Positions 13,986-27,000 of a DNA stretch of 64,000 nucleotides are shown here, piece after piece (the stretch's first letter is position 1; every line of letters begins with the position of its first letter). The position numbers were made by a program, and so were the translations under genes. Origin of the DNA: Proteromonas lacertae (taxonomy: Eukaryota). A model generated the notes under the pieces. The model did not search any database and was not told where the DNA came from. It saw only the letters and a program-made list of their open reading frames with translations. Location: positions 1 to 64,000 of the forward strand of contig NGBS01000586.1 in NCBI GenBank assembly GCA_002245135.1, in the 5' to 3' direction.

Positions 13986-15707
13986 ATGAGTGAAGGTATG
14001 ACTAGATTATAAAACCGATTTTATTATTTAGTTACTTTTGAGTCATTAAAAATGCAATATCAACACACCATTAATTGTCTTAGTGACGATAACATGAAAG
14101 TAAGAAAGATAAATATCACAAAAATATCAAAAGATATTAGTATATTTATTAATATGATGTTATAACAGAGAACAAAACTATTCCTTCTCAATTTTTAAAA
14201 CAATTCTATTTGGAATGCCTGTACAATGCTTTAAAGAAATCAGTAGTTGATTCTTATGACACTGTAAGAGAAGAATCAATTCAATTGGTATAATACTGAT
14301 TTATTGTTTTTAGATTCTGTATATCCTAAGAAACGAAGGTTCATTAGAATTAAGTGACTATATTACTGCATTTGATGATATAACACTCATTATTTTTGAT
14401 AGATTGGGAAAAAGTCCATTTCCAGAGCATCTAGAAGAGAATCGTTATGGCGTACAATATACCCTTATATAATATATTAAATAGTTGTTAGAACTTTTAC
14501 TCTTATTATTAGAGAAAATAAGCATTGCTGAAGAAAAAGACAAATATTCAGTTATAGAATCAAGACTTGATAAAATTATTACCGTTTTATGCAATACACA
14601 AAAAGACAAGAACAGTAAGATAGTCAATTTGAGTAGTAAAGTAATTATGAAAACATGTGAAGTAGTTCCATTATCCATTCATAGTTACTTGGATAAATTA
14701 GTAGCTTCAATTATTATCAACTTTAAACATAATAAAAATGAAGTAAGATGTTGTTCTATTGATGTATATATATATATATATATATATATTATTATTATTA
14801 TTATTATATAGGCAATAAGAGTAGTCATCCCATTAGGAAGTGAAAGTCTAAGTGATGTGATGAACAAATATGTAATTGAAGGAATGGATATGTTGAGTGA
14901 AGATGGTAAAATAAATGTTAGAATTGTATATAAATAAATAAATATTATTATTATTATATAGAATCGACTAACTACATTACACTATTGGTTAGAATCAATC
15001 CAACCATCTCAACTAGAGGAGTTTGAAAGTCGATTAATATGTTCTTATCTTAGAAGTTTTGGAGATGATATTGAAGAAGTTAGAAAAGAAGCATTAAAAC
15101 AGATTTATGAATACAGTCAAAAGAAATATAAAGATGAAAATAATGATAATAATATTGATAATAAATTACCATCTGTATAATAATAGTCATTATATTATAG
15201 GGTATAACTTTACCTTCTCCATTCAATGAATTACCATCTTATAAAAATACATTATTCGTTAGAAATCATTTGAATAATATATTTAAAGTGGTGTTGGATT
15301 TAATGAAAGAATCATGGAAAGATCAACAGCGAGTAAATATCACCAAATTACTTAGAACAGCAATTATCTTTGCTCAAGATTCACTCTCTTCATTTGCACT
15401 AAATGAAATATATACTATGTTAATACAAGCAAGAAATGATGAAAAGAATGAAGTTAAAGAAGCAGCAATTGATTGTAGTATGTATTTGGGTTGTTTTATA
15501 AAGGCTGACATGATTTTAGATACAATATTACCATTAATCAAAACGAGTAATAATGAAGAATCAGTAAAGAATTTAACATCCACAATTATATTACTATCAG
15601 CAGCTATAAGAGGATTTGATAAAAATAATAATAATAATCATTTGATGAATGAAATAGAAAGAATATGTAATTCTTTACAAGTCATTGATATTACAACATT
15701 GAAAGTA

Positions 15708-15758
<51 letters not shown>

Positions 15759-16955
15759 TGTTTTATTATTTTTAGTATCCTGAATTTCAAAATTCAATAG
15801 TCTCCCTATGTTCAAGTGTAATTGATCTTATTAAAAATATTGAAAATATGAATAACAAAGGCTTATTATATAATATATGGTATATATTATTACAAGTAGA
15901 TAGTGGTTTACCTCCAACAGCTGAAGAAAGTAAACATATTATTAGAGAAAATGTAACAAAAACATTTGAAAAATTAACAACAGAAGTATATAAAACTAAT
16001 GAAACAAAAGATGTATTTAATATGAATTTTGATAAGTGTTTTAAAGATATAACAGTAGATATTGATGAATGGGACTGTGGAACAAGTCATTTGTTAATAT
16101 TTGACAGATTATTAAGAAGATTAAGTGATAATATAACAAATCATAATGAAGAATTATTTGCAGCATTTGAAAAAATAAGTAAAAAAGGAAAATCTCCAGA
16201 AATGAGATTGAACGTAATTGCTCTGTTGGATGATATAATTAAATATTTCAGTAGTCATTCGTATAAAGTAATAACCATTTTAATTATTCCTAACATTGAA
16301 TGGGAAGTTGGTAATATTGCAAGTGCATTGAGAAAAGCTGCTATTTTATGTTTCTATAATTTATTATATCATAACAGTGATAATATTGATGTATATATAT
16401 ATATATAATATTATTTTAATATATAAAATAGTTGAGTAATAGTATAATTGAATTAAAAAATAACATTACACCTCCATTAATCAGTTGTTTAGATGATGAT
16501 GATAAAGATATAAGATATATAACAAGTCAATGTTTAACGTTTTATTTTGATATTTTGAAAGGTCATTTAAATGAAGAAGAAGTGAATAAAATATATGGTG
16601 ATTTAATGAAAAGATTAGATGATTCTGAAAATTCAATAAGAATAGAGTGTTGTAAGTATATGATAAAGTTTTTTGATTGTTCAGAAAAAGAAAGTTATCA
16701 TGGAACTTTAATCACTTACTGTTTGGATTGTTTTTTAATCCATTTAGATGATCCAGATGAAATGATTCAAAAGAATGTATTTGAGACATTGAAAGTATTA
16801 GTTGTGATGGATAAAAATGAAAGTCCAAAAAGCATTGAGAAAGGTATTTATTATTATTATTAATTATTATTATTATTTGTATTATAGCTAAAAGTCACAG
16901 TAGTAACAGATTTTATCAGAAGAATTGTGAAGAATTAATAAAATTATGTAATTAA
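13986..16955 (+). CDS. DNAAF5: Dynein axonemal assembly factor 5 (HEATR2)
   Basis: HEAT repeats with INCLSDDNMKVRK, PFPEHLEENR, IPNIEWEVGNIASALRKAA, SCLDDDDKDIR, IYGDLMKRLDD and LIHLDDPDEMIQKNV; C-terminus NCEELIKLCN*. About 10 short introns. Confidence 0.88.
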
Positions 16956-17387
16956 AAATATTATTATTGGATTATTGCTTTTGTTTTTTAATAACAATAA
17001 AAACAAAATAAAGAAGAATATGATTTGAAGAGCGTTTTTATCTTTATACCAGCATCTTTTAGATGATTTACCATTCATAAGAATGTCAATTATGAAAGTA
17101 ATAACTACTCCAATTAAAACATCTGTTGTATTTTTAAACACTCATCAACTGGAGGTTCTCATACAGCCATTGATAATGTATAAACGCATCTTCTTGCAAT
17201 ATAGCTTGTTTTTAATATTTTGGCAAATATGTTTCAAATACTTCATTTTTATATTCTAAGAATATATCGACAAACATATATACAAATTAGATAATGATTA
17301 TGCTCATATTATTTCACTTAGAACAGATTTCATTCATTTAATAATTTTCAAAAATATATTCGTTTCATAATATTCAAAATTTAAAAA

Positions 17388-18680
17388 ATGATGTTTAATA
17401 AAAATGAATGTATAAATGACATTTTTATTCATAGATTCATTAAGTGATGATATTTTATATCAAAACTGCAATAATGCATATCACACACTTGTTTCTGATG
17501 TATTTTAATGAGTTATTTGTGCTTATAGATGATATCTAGCAGCAAAAATATATTAAGTGAAAATGGTTGTGTTAGTGATATAAACGAACAATTAGAGAAA
17601 GTATTTCAATCTTTCTTAATTCTATTGTAGATAAAAGAAAATTATGAAATTCAAAAATTGAGATATTATAGGAACAGTTTATTATCGTCTATGATTGATG
17701 AAACAATAGAAGATAATGACATACAGCAATTGACAGGCGAAAATCCATCAGGCAATGTAGCAGTGGATATAAGAGTAATTGAATATACTAAAAGACAGAG
17801 AAATAGATTATTAGCTAACATATATCTGGAAAATGGCTTAAATTCTTCTGCTTCTGTATTTTTATATATAATATAGTATATAATATATAATGCATTAGGA
17901 AGATACATTATTTGGAATAACTCCAAAAGATTTAGGAGAAGAAGATTCAGAAAATAGTAAAATTTCTAAACTGTTAATTCCACAAATAGAACAGAAAATA
18001 TTAGCTTTAGAAAATAAAATATATAATATACTACCAAAATCTAAGAGTATATATATATAATTATTATAATTTAATATAGAAAATGAATATGAGACATTGA
18101 ATGAGAAAATGAAAGTAAATATTTTTAGTATATTATCATTAATAGAATATAACATCAAAAATAACAAATAATACAAAAGAAATAAAAGATTATCAAAACA
18201 AAATTCAAAATAAAATGATTGAAATATCTGAAGTATAATTTTAACTATCTTTAAAAATAGAATTTAATAAAAATAAGAGAAATATACAATAATCTATTAA
18301 CAAAAGTATCTGATGAAGAAATTGAATATTGTATGACAAAACTGCAATTCTTCAGTGAATTTAGTTTAACTTCAGAACTAAAAAGATTGGTGATAGAATA
18401 TGAATGTTTAAATGATAGTTATAATGAAAATACAATTCCTTGTTTAAGATTCATTCGAGAAAATCTTGATAGAGAAGGTGAAAGCCTTAAACATGAAAAA
18501 GAAAATGTATATTTCAATTTATCTAATGTTATATAGTTACTAGCTTCAATTCATCCTTTTAGAGATTTAGGACCAGAATATGATAAATTAGTAAGAGAAT
18601 ATACTTCATTATTAAGACAAAAGAAAGCGAAAGAAGATGAAATGGAGAAGATGTTAAATGCCAGTGTTTTACCAAATTAA
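17388..18680 (+). CDS. HAUS4: HAUS augmin-like complex subunit 4
   Basis: Spliced C-terminus LNDSYNENTIPCLRFIRENL...LGPEYDKLVREYTSL resembles HAUS4 (L.DTYT.E....HR.IR..L / LG.EFD.LV.EY). Multi-exon, coiled-coil. Confidence 0.68.
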
Positions 18681-19791
18681 TTAATATTTACTATCTTTAT
18701 CATGTTCTTGTCTGTATTTATATGATTTTTTATTTTCACTTCTCCAATTTCAAAGAATTCAATTTTTAAAGTCTTTAGCTAAAAATATCCTTCTCAATAC
18801 ATTTTATTATCTACAGTAGTATGTGTGTTTTTATCAATTAATCTATTTTTCAATACCAAAAGTAGAAATGCAAAGATTTTGTGTAATTGTTTTTTAAGTG
18901 TTGATAAGTATTTGAGAAGTTAATGATAATAGCTACTTTACATAAACTCAACTCATTCATACTTGCAATAACATCATTACTAAATATATTTCAATAATAA
19001 ATTACACAAAAATTAATTCATCACACAATATTATCATATACTAATAATATCATTCTTATGGATATATCTGAGATTAGGATTTTTATTTACAAATTCTTTT
19101 ACTTACACAAGCAATATATTATTGTTTAATAATATCATCATTAACCACTAGAACTTGAATATAACACAAATTCTTTAGATATAACGAAAATGAATAATAG
19201 AAAATATAGCATTTATATATAGCATATTACTCTTTTATAACTTTCTGATAGCTCTTATACCACTTCACTAGAAGATATTTTATCATTTTTTGTAATATAG
19301 GTTTATTTACAAAAGAATGAAAATATGCTAAATTAAATTATAGTTGCACTATAATACCTATAGTAACAATAGATTATATTTTGAGAAGAATTACCTTAAT
19401 ATAAGATTATTTAATACAAATAATATACTTTGTTATTATTATTATTATTATTACAAAGACAGTTATGAATATATTAAAGGCAAGAATGATGTTTTTTCTA
19501 TTTGAGAAAAAACGACTATATATTTTGAAACAAAATAATTTTGCTTAAATTCACATCTAGATGGATTATAATGTTGATTATAACAATTTAATGTTAAATT
19601 TTATAATATAATATACATTTACAGAGAATAAATAGATAGAAATACAATATTTTGTAAGATGTATGTATACAAGATAAAAATAATATTGGTATCATGAAGA
19701 TCATGAATAGAAGTGAATGAAATATTAGAATGGTAGAATAGCGAGAAAAAAAGAAAGAAAAAAGAAAAGTGAAACGACTTAATTTTCAGAA

Positions 19792-22700
19792 ATGTTAAAT
19801 CATCACATAGAAGAGATATTGAAATATAAATTACCGAAATTAGAAGTATTTGTTGTATATATATATACAATAGATCAAAGAAAGAAAAGAAAAGAATGAA
19901 AATGAAATAGATATGGTAATTAAACATGAAAATAACTGCAAAGTGGTTAAAATGTTGAATATTGATGGAATTAAAGAGAAGAAGATATTGAAATTTAGTG
20001 AAAATAATTGTTTTTTGTTAGATTATTGTTCATTTTTTACTTATCCTTCAGAAATACAGATCATCGGGTGTAATATGATGATTTTAGAAAGAGATTATTA
20101 TATGCGAGATTTGGAGGGGTTAATTCAAAATAAATCCTTATCAAGTGATGATATTTATAGTGTTATTCTGTCAATTTGTGATATTTTGATGATATTCAAT
20201 GAATATGAATTAGTGATAAGTAATTTGAAGAGTTCTAATGTGATATATGAAGATGATGGCAATATAAAAATGTGTGACTTATGTTCGAATGAAGTAAGAA
20301 AAGAAGAAGATATGAGTTTGTATGATTTGTGTTTCAAAAGTCCAGAAGAGTTGAATGGATATGAGTGTAATGAGAGAAGTGTGATTTGGTCAATTGGTTG
20401 TGTATTATATGAAATGATAAACAAGAAATTACCATTTAATGAAGATGATAACATGATTAAAACAATGAATAACATCCTGAAATGTAAATATAGTTTTAAA
20501 AGAAAAAGTAATAAGAAAATGAAAGAAATGATAGAAAGAATGTTGAAAATGAAGAGTGAAGATAGAATGATTTTAGAAGAGTTGGGAAAAGAAATGATTA
20601 AACTAAACGAGATATTGAAAGATGATAGTAATTATTTAATGTTGGATAATGAAAGAAAAGAATTGTTTTACCATAATGATAAAAAGAGTATTTCACTGCC
20701 AATGATATATCCGCCAATATATTATGTTAAAAATAAGACATGGAAAAAAATACGAAATGATTTAATAAAGTCATACAATAATAAGCCAAATGAAAGAATA
20801 CTATCAATATTATTAATGATAGAATGTGTCAATATAGATTATTCAATTAAAGAAAAACTGAAATTTCAAATTCATCATAAATGTAAAGAAGGCAAAAGTT
20901 GCTATTTGGATGAAATGATATTAAATTTATCTATTTTTATTGAAAGAAATGATGAAATAAGAATAGATATTGGATCAAAATGTATTTGTTTTTGTGAAGA
21001 AGGAATAGATTATTTCTTTAGAATAATAAAACTAATCAATCCAACAAAACTCAGATTTTGTATTATTTTTATAATTTGTATCTGATTAGATAAATATGAT
21101 AGAGATGTTATTTATTATTGTAATGATTATTTTAATATTCCAGTTCAATATCAGTCATTATTTGGATCATATTTTAAACAGTTATCAAACCTACAAGAAA
21201 TAGATTTATGTGGATATAATCTTACTTATGATTTCATTGAATCATTTATTAAATCAATTCTATTCATGAAACTGAAGTATATAGATATTCAACGTATATA
21301 TTATTCAAAATTATTTATTACATTGTAGGCAAGCCAATTGATAATAAGGGATTCAAATTATTAATTCCATATTTGAATTTATTGATCAACAACAAAAATG
21401 AATTAATCCTTTCTGAAATGAGATTGAATGATGATTCAATGATATTATTATCAAAAGAATTATATAAATATCCAAATCTTAGAAGAATAGACATTAGAAA
21501 TAATAAGAAAATTCATTCAAAAGGATTGAAAGCCTTATTCTCCAAATTTCCTATTTCAAAAATTGATTTTGATTTTGATGTTAAAAGAAATAAAGAATTA
21601 CTGATAGATAAAGACATTCCTGAATTGATGAAATTCATCAGATATAGTAATGAATTAGATCTTAGCGATTTAGATATTGATGATGATTATTTTTCATCAT
21701 TTATTTCATTAAGATTAAATGAACTTAGAGAGATTCAATATCTATATTTAGATAGTATAATTTGATGTTTTTCTATTGATTAGATAATAAACTTACAGAC
21801 AAAAGTGTGGAAGTATTAATGAACAATATGTCTTCTTTTTCAAGACTTACATGTCTTAGTTTAAGTGGAAATGAAATAGGAGATGAAGGAATGAGATTAT
21901 TATCTCCACATATGAATTTGTTAATACGTAAGCGTGATTGGAGAGAGAATATTGATTGTTCAAGTATTACTATAATCATTTATTGTGTTATAGGAATGGG
22001 ATTATCTTTAGTTGGATTGAAATATTTGGTTGATGGTTTAAAGAATATTCAGAAGAATATTGATACACTTTATTTATATGATAATAATATCGATTCAGAA
22101 GGAATGGAATATTTGATAAAAAATAAGACAAGCTTTAATAAGATGAGAATTAATAGTATATTTTTTATAGCATAATTATAGATAATCCAATTGGTAATAA
22201 AGGCTTTAAGTTGTTACTAGACGATTTATATATGTTAAAGGATGATTGTTATCCATATGAATTTGATTTGAATGATATCTCAATTGATGATGAAAGTGTA
22301 ATATTATTAAAAAATGCATTAGATTCAATAGGAGAATGTAAAATAATAGATCTGAAAGGAAATAATATCAAAATGAAAGCATTAAAATCAATTTGTTCAA
22401 AATCATTAAAAAAAGAAGAATATCCATTTATAGAAATGAAAAATTCATCATGGACAAATGAAGAAGTGAAATATTATTTGAATTATTGTGTTAAGAAAGG
22501 ATATCCATGCGATTTATCAAGTATATAATATAAATGTGTTATGAAATAGATTTGAATCTGAATGATTCTCTTATTCCATTAATAAAGAAGATTAATTATT
22601 GGAAAGTTTTCTTATCTAATAATCAAATCACTTCAAAAGGATTGAAAGAATTAGTAGAGTCTTTGCCTAAAAGAGCAGAATATATTTCAATATATGGCAA

Positions 22701-23121
22701 TCCAATTGGAGATGAAGGAATAGAGATAATATGCGATAACTGTGATGAATTTGCTGAATATCAATTATCATTAAATCTTTCAAGTATTTTATCAATATAA
22801 TATGTTGTTATATTATGAATAGATGTTGGAATGAATGAGAAAGGATTAAAAATGTTAATAAAAAGTATAAAAAAGTATGGAAGGTTAAGAAATGTGGATA
22901 TATCAGGAAATGAATTAAATGAAGAAGGGTTGAGATTAATGAAAGAAAATAGTAAAATATTTGAATATACTAAATTAACAATGACAGTAAAAGAAAACAT
23001 AGATAAATCAGAGTTAAAATCATTTCTAAAAACATTTTCATCAGTTCATACAATAAAATTAGATGGAATATCAGAAGAAGAAAAGAAAGAATTATCTAAA
23101 CAATTCTTTAATATTGAATAA
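19792..23121 (+). CDS. Pseudokinase + ribonuclease-inhibitor-type LRR protein
   Basis: Kinase C-lobe motifs are degenerate (ISNLKSSN, KMCDL, FKSPEE, SVIWSIGCVLYEM). They are followed by LRRs such as LSLSGNEIGDEGMRLL, LYLYDNNIDSEG and ISIYGNPIGDEG. First intron 19846-19873. Confidence 0.8.
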
Positions 23122-23139
23122 TTGATAGATAATTAAATC

Positions 23140-23930
23140 TATTGTTTCTGAACTTTTACCTTGAAGTAATGAGGATCTACTGATAGAACTAATAATTGAC
23201 GATTTAATTTGGATTATTTATCACTTGAGATTTATTAAAATCTGTCACCTGAATTAAGATAAATATTCTGTATCAACTCCTGGTGTTTCTTCATCTTCTA
23301 CTTCATCTAAACTAATATTATCACTATTTATTACATTCTCAAAATTATTATTCCAACATTTGATAATAATTTTTCACCTGAGATTAATTCAGATCTTGAT
23401 TTCGTTATTGGTGGAGGTAGAATATCAGCTACTGATGGAAATAATAACAATTCAGCAAATGAACAACAAATTAAAGAATTAATTATAATAGATGTAAAAT
23501 CATTGCTGTACAAACATTGCCTTCTTCAGATAAACTATCACATGAAGTTAAATATACTGAACATAATATGATATTCATCTCTTCAACTCCAATAGATAAA
23601 ATATCTTGTATATCACATAAGAAGACAAATATCTCTTCAGGTATATCATCTAATATTGCAGGTACTTGTACTGCGGATTGAAATAATACTGCATCTAATA
23701 AGATTACTTAATCTTTTATGCAAGTAAATTCCTTAGAAGATTTCATCCAAGTAACATATATTACCAAAGAAGTAGCTTCTAGATATCTTCCAGATAGTTC
23801 TTATATCACTTCACAAGAAGATATTTTAATCATTTTTTGTATATATAGGCTTGATTCTCTCAAATATTCAAGCCAAACTTTCTCATTTTCTTTTTCTCAT
23901 TATCTCACGATTCATGAATCAATTATTCAA
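23140..23930 (-). pseudogene. Decayed coding fragment, weakly CLEC16A/gop-1-like; second copy at about 53190-53985 (+)
   Basis: Coding-like stretch LDDIPEEIFVFLCDIQDILSIGVEEMNIILCS interrupted by stops. The family call is only a loose resemblance. Confidence 0.25.
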
Positions 23931-24000
23931 TCAAAATGCATATTCAAAAACAAAAACATATTAATAAGAATAATATAAGGTATAATAATAATAATAATTT

Positions 24001-27000
24001 CTATTCAATTATCTTCTTCTTTCTGAGTTCTTGTTTTGGTGCTTCAGATGATATTGTTCTTGTTTCAAATCTATTCACAGGATTAAAAGACTTTCTAGCT
24101 AAAGGAGGTAATAATCCACTCTTTGTTAATTGATTTAATGGTTTATTCAATACTTCAGGTAATTCAACTTTAGTAGGTTGTCTAGGAGATGTATTATCTT
24201 TACTACCTGTTGTATCTATCGATGAATTTGAACTGTTTGTGTTAGTTTCTCCAAACTTGTGTGTTATTGATGAAGCATTACTTGGAACTCTCTTATAATT
24301 AAACTCATCACTATCTCTACTATTCATTCGAAGACTAATTCCAGTATTATGTAACATCATTCCATCTGGCTTTGAAGAATTCAAATCTTCTTTATCAATA
24401 TCAGCATCATCCATTGTAACTGGTAATTGAGGAACTTTCAAAGCAGGTAATTGACTTGGTCTTGATCCAACTGGCTTTAGTTTTCTTCTAGTCATTCTTC
24501 TCTTTGGAGCATGGAATACTTTTTGTTCTATTGGTTTTGCATCAACTGGTGGATTTTGTCCATTCTGTCCATTTGAACCAACTGTTGCACTACTTATTGG
24601 ATTGGCATCAGATGGAATTATTGTTTTCAATTGTTTTTCTTCTTTCTTTTCACGTAATTTCTTATATAAATACATAAACAACAATGACATTAAAACCATT
24701 AACCACCAGAAACAACATACACCAGCTGATAACCCAATTACTAAAGCTCCATATTCATCCATAAATGATTTCTCTTTTAATCTTACACAAACATTATTCT
24801 TTTCTTCCCATAAACCATTTTCATTACATTTTCTTGGACCTGATCCTTCATTATATACGAAAGTTGGTTTACACATACCTTCTGTTGAGTTATTTGTTAA
24901 TGTCGCATTCCATATTGTTGATTCATCTTCATAACCAAGACATCCTAATAACAATGCTGATGTGGAGATTATTTCATTTGTTTGTGTCTTTTCTAATATT
25001 ATTGTGATATTATTGATGGATGTTCCATCTACACAAAGTGGTTCATTAAATTTATGTAAATCAATTATTCCTTCTTTACAATCATAAAGAAATTCCTCAA
25101 AGAAATGCTTTTGATCGCTGTTTGGATATTTATAGGATATTGTTAAAGGTATTACACTTGATTGATTATCACAACTTCCAACATGAATTGTTAATAATGT
25201 TCCTTCTACACAGAATCTATTATCTTCAGGTGGTTTACTCACATATACTTGATCTAAGGAGAATGTTGTATCTTGATAATCTGGATAAGTACAATAACCA
25301 CTTATATTCTCATATTTACCTTCATCTTTATTACATATTGCTTTGGGTCTACAAGATATATTCACATATTCATATTCTGATAAACAATCTCCTAATACTA
25401 TATCATCTCCACCTGGAGATAAACCAAATTGAAATCTATCAACTGAATATGATAAACAACCTAATGTTAATGGCGTTTCTGATAGTTTATTATCATTATA
25501 ATCTATTTCAAAACTCATTGTATTTATATTTTCTTCTAAACATATTTCAGGTGATATTCTATATTCAGATACTAATCCTGCTTTACAACTATATGGGAAA
25601 CTATATAAGAACTTTTTAACTCCATTTATTATATAATACACTTTCAATTGTAGATTCAATGTTGGTTTTCGACATTCTTCTCCATTGAAATACACTTCTA
25701 AAACTTCACTAATACAAAATTGTTTTTCATCTTTCACACTAATCTCAAGTTTAGCAACATTAACTTCAGGATAATCTTTTGGTAAACATTCACTTATACT
25801 ACTGTAACTAGAATCAGATTGACACTTTGCTGTTGGATAAGGTGTATCAAAGATTATATAACCATCTATACATTCTCCTTCAACTATATCACCTGGTAAT
25901 GAAAGTGGGAAATTGGCATTAGCAAACTCTGTTGATCCACATCCTAAATTAGCTGTTAAATCAGTTATGAAATCATTTTCATTTGATAATGAGAATAATA
26001 CATTCTCATATGTATCATTTACACAAATTGGAGATGATGGTTTTATTTTATATTCATTCATTGTTTTACAATCAAATGTTAAATTAGAAAATAGTAATTC
26101 ATCTATTTCACCTGATAAAAGATAAGTTAAACGATAATCTACAAATGTAGTATTACAACTATTTATCTCATATGTCAATATGACAGAATGAATACAAAAC
26201 TTATTCTCACTAATTGATAAGAATGAATCATCAACTGATAGTTTAAAGTATTTATACTCATCTAATACACATCTACTACTCATTACTCCCCATCCTTTAC
26301 CTGTACATTCTCTCATTGGATTACCTGTTGGAGTATTAGCTTTATAACCACCAGCATCACAATAACCTTCATTCATTCCAACTAACGATATATACCAATT
26401 ATCTCTACCAACTTTCACTTTTTCACATCCTAATACATATTTATCTGATTTTTCATATTTTCCATCAACATAAAGATCAAAAATAATGTAATTTGATTGG
26501 TTTATATAAATACATCTTTCTTCACTTATTGTGAATTTGTTATTCTCTTGACACATGAATGAGATATTTGTTGATGAATAAGATTGTTTTTCTTCATCTT
26601 CTGTAAAATGAGAAAACAATGATAATTTAAAGTATTTTTCTACTGTTGGACATTCTTTTGAATAAACCAAATTCACTGTTTGTGAAACACAGAATTGATC
26701 AGAAGCAGTCAAAGCTCTAACATAGAATTCTTTATAATCGAATGTTAAATCTTTATAAGCTATTTTAATAAGAATAAATAACAATATTATACTCTGTTTA
26801 TAACATGGATATTCTATTTCTTCCCATAATCCATCAGCATTACATTTTCTGAATGGATTATTATCATTATTTGGATTATCAGATACATAACCATTTGAAC
26901 ATTTACCTATTATTGTCCCTGGTAAGGAAGTATTGAAATTATTCTCACTTTCTTCTATATATTCACATCCAAGAACTATAATATAATAATATATAATAGA

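Noticed and set aside
14764..16410. (TA)n and (TTA)n tracts producing YIYIYI/IIII ORF tails
   Set aside because: These are microsatellite expansions inside introns, not coding repeats.
16960..17340. Short ORF-like stretch between DNAAF5 and HAUS4
   Set aside because: No consistent spliced reading frame or recognisable motif; at most a decayed fragment.
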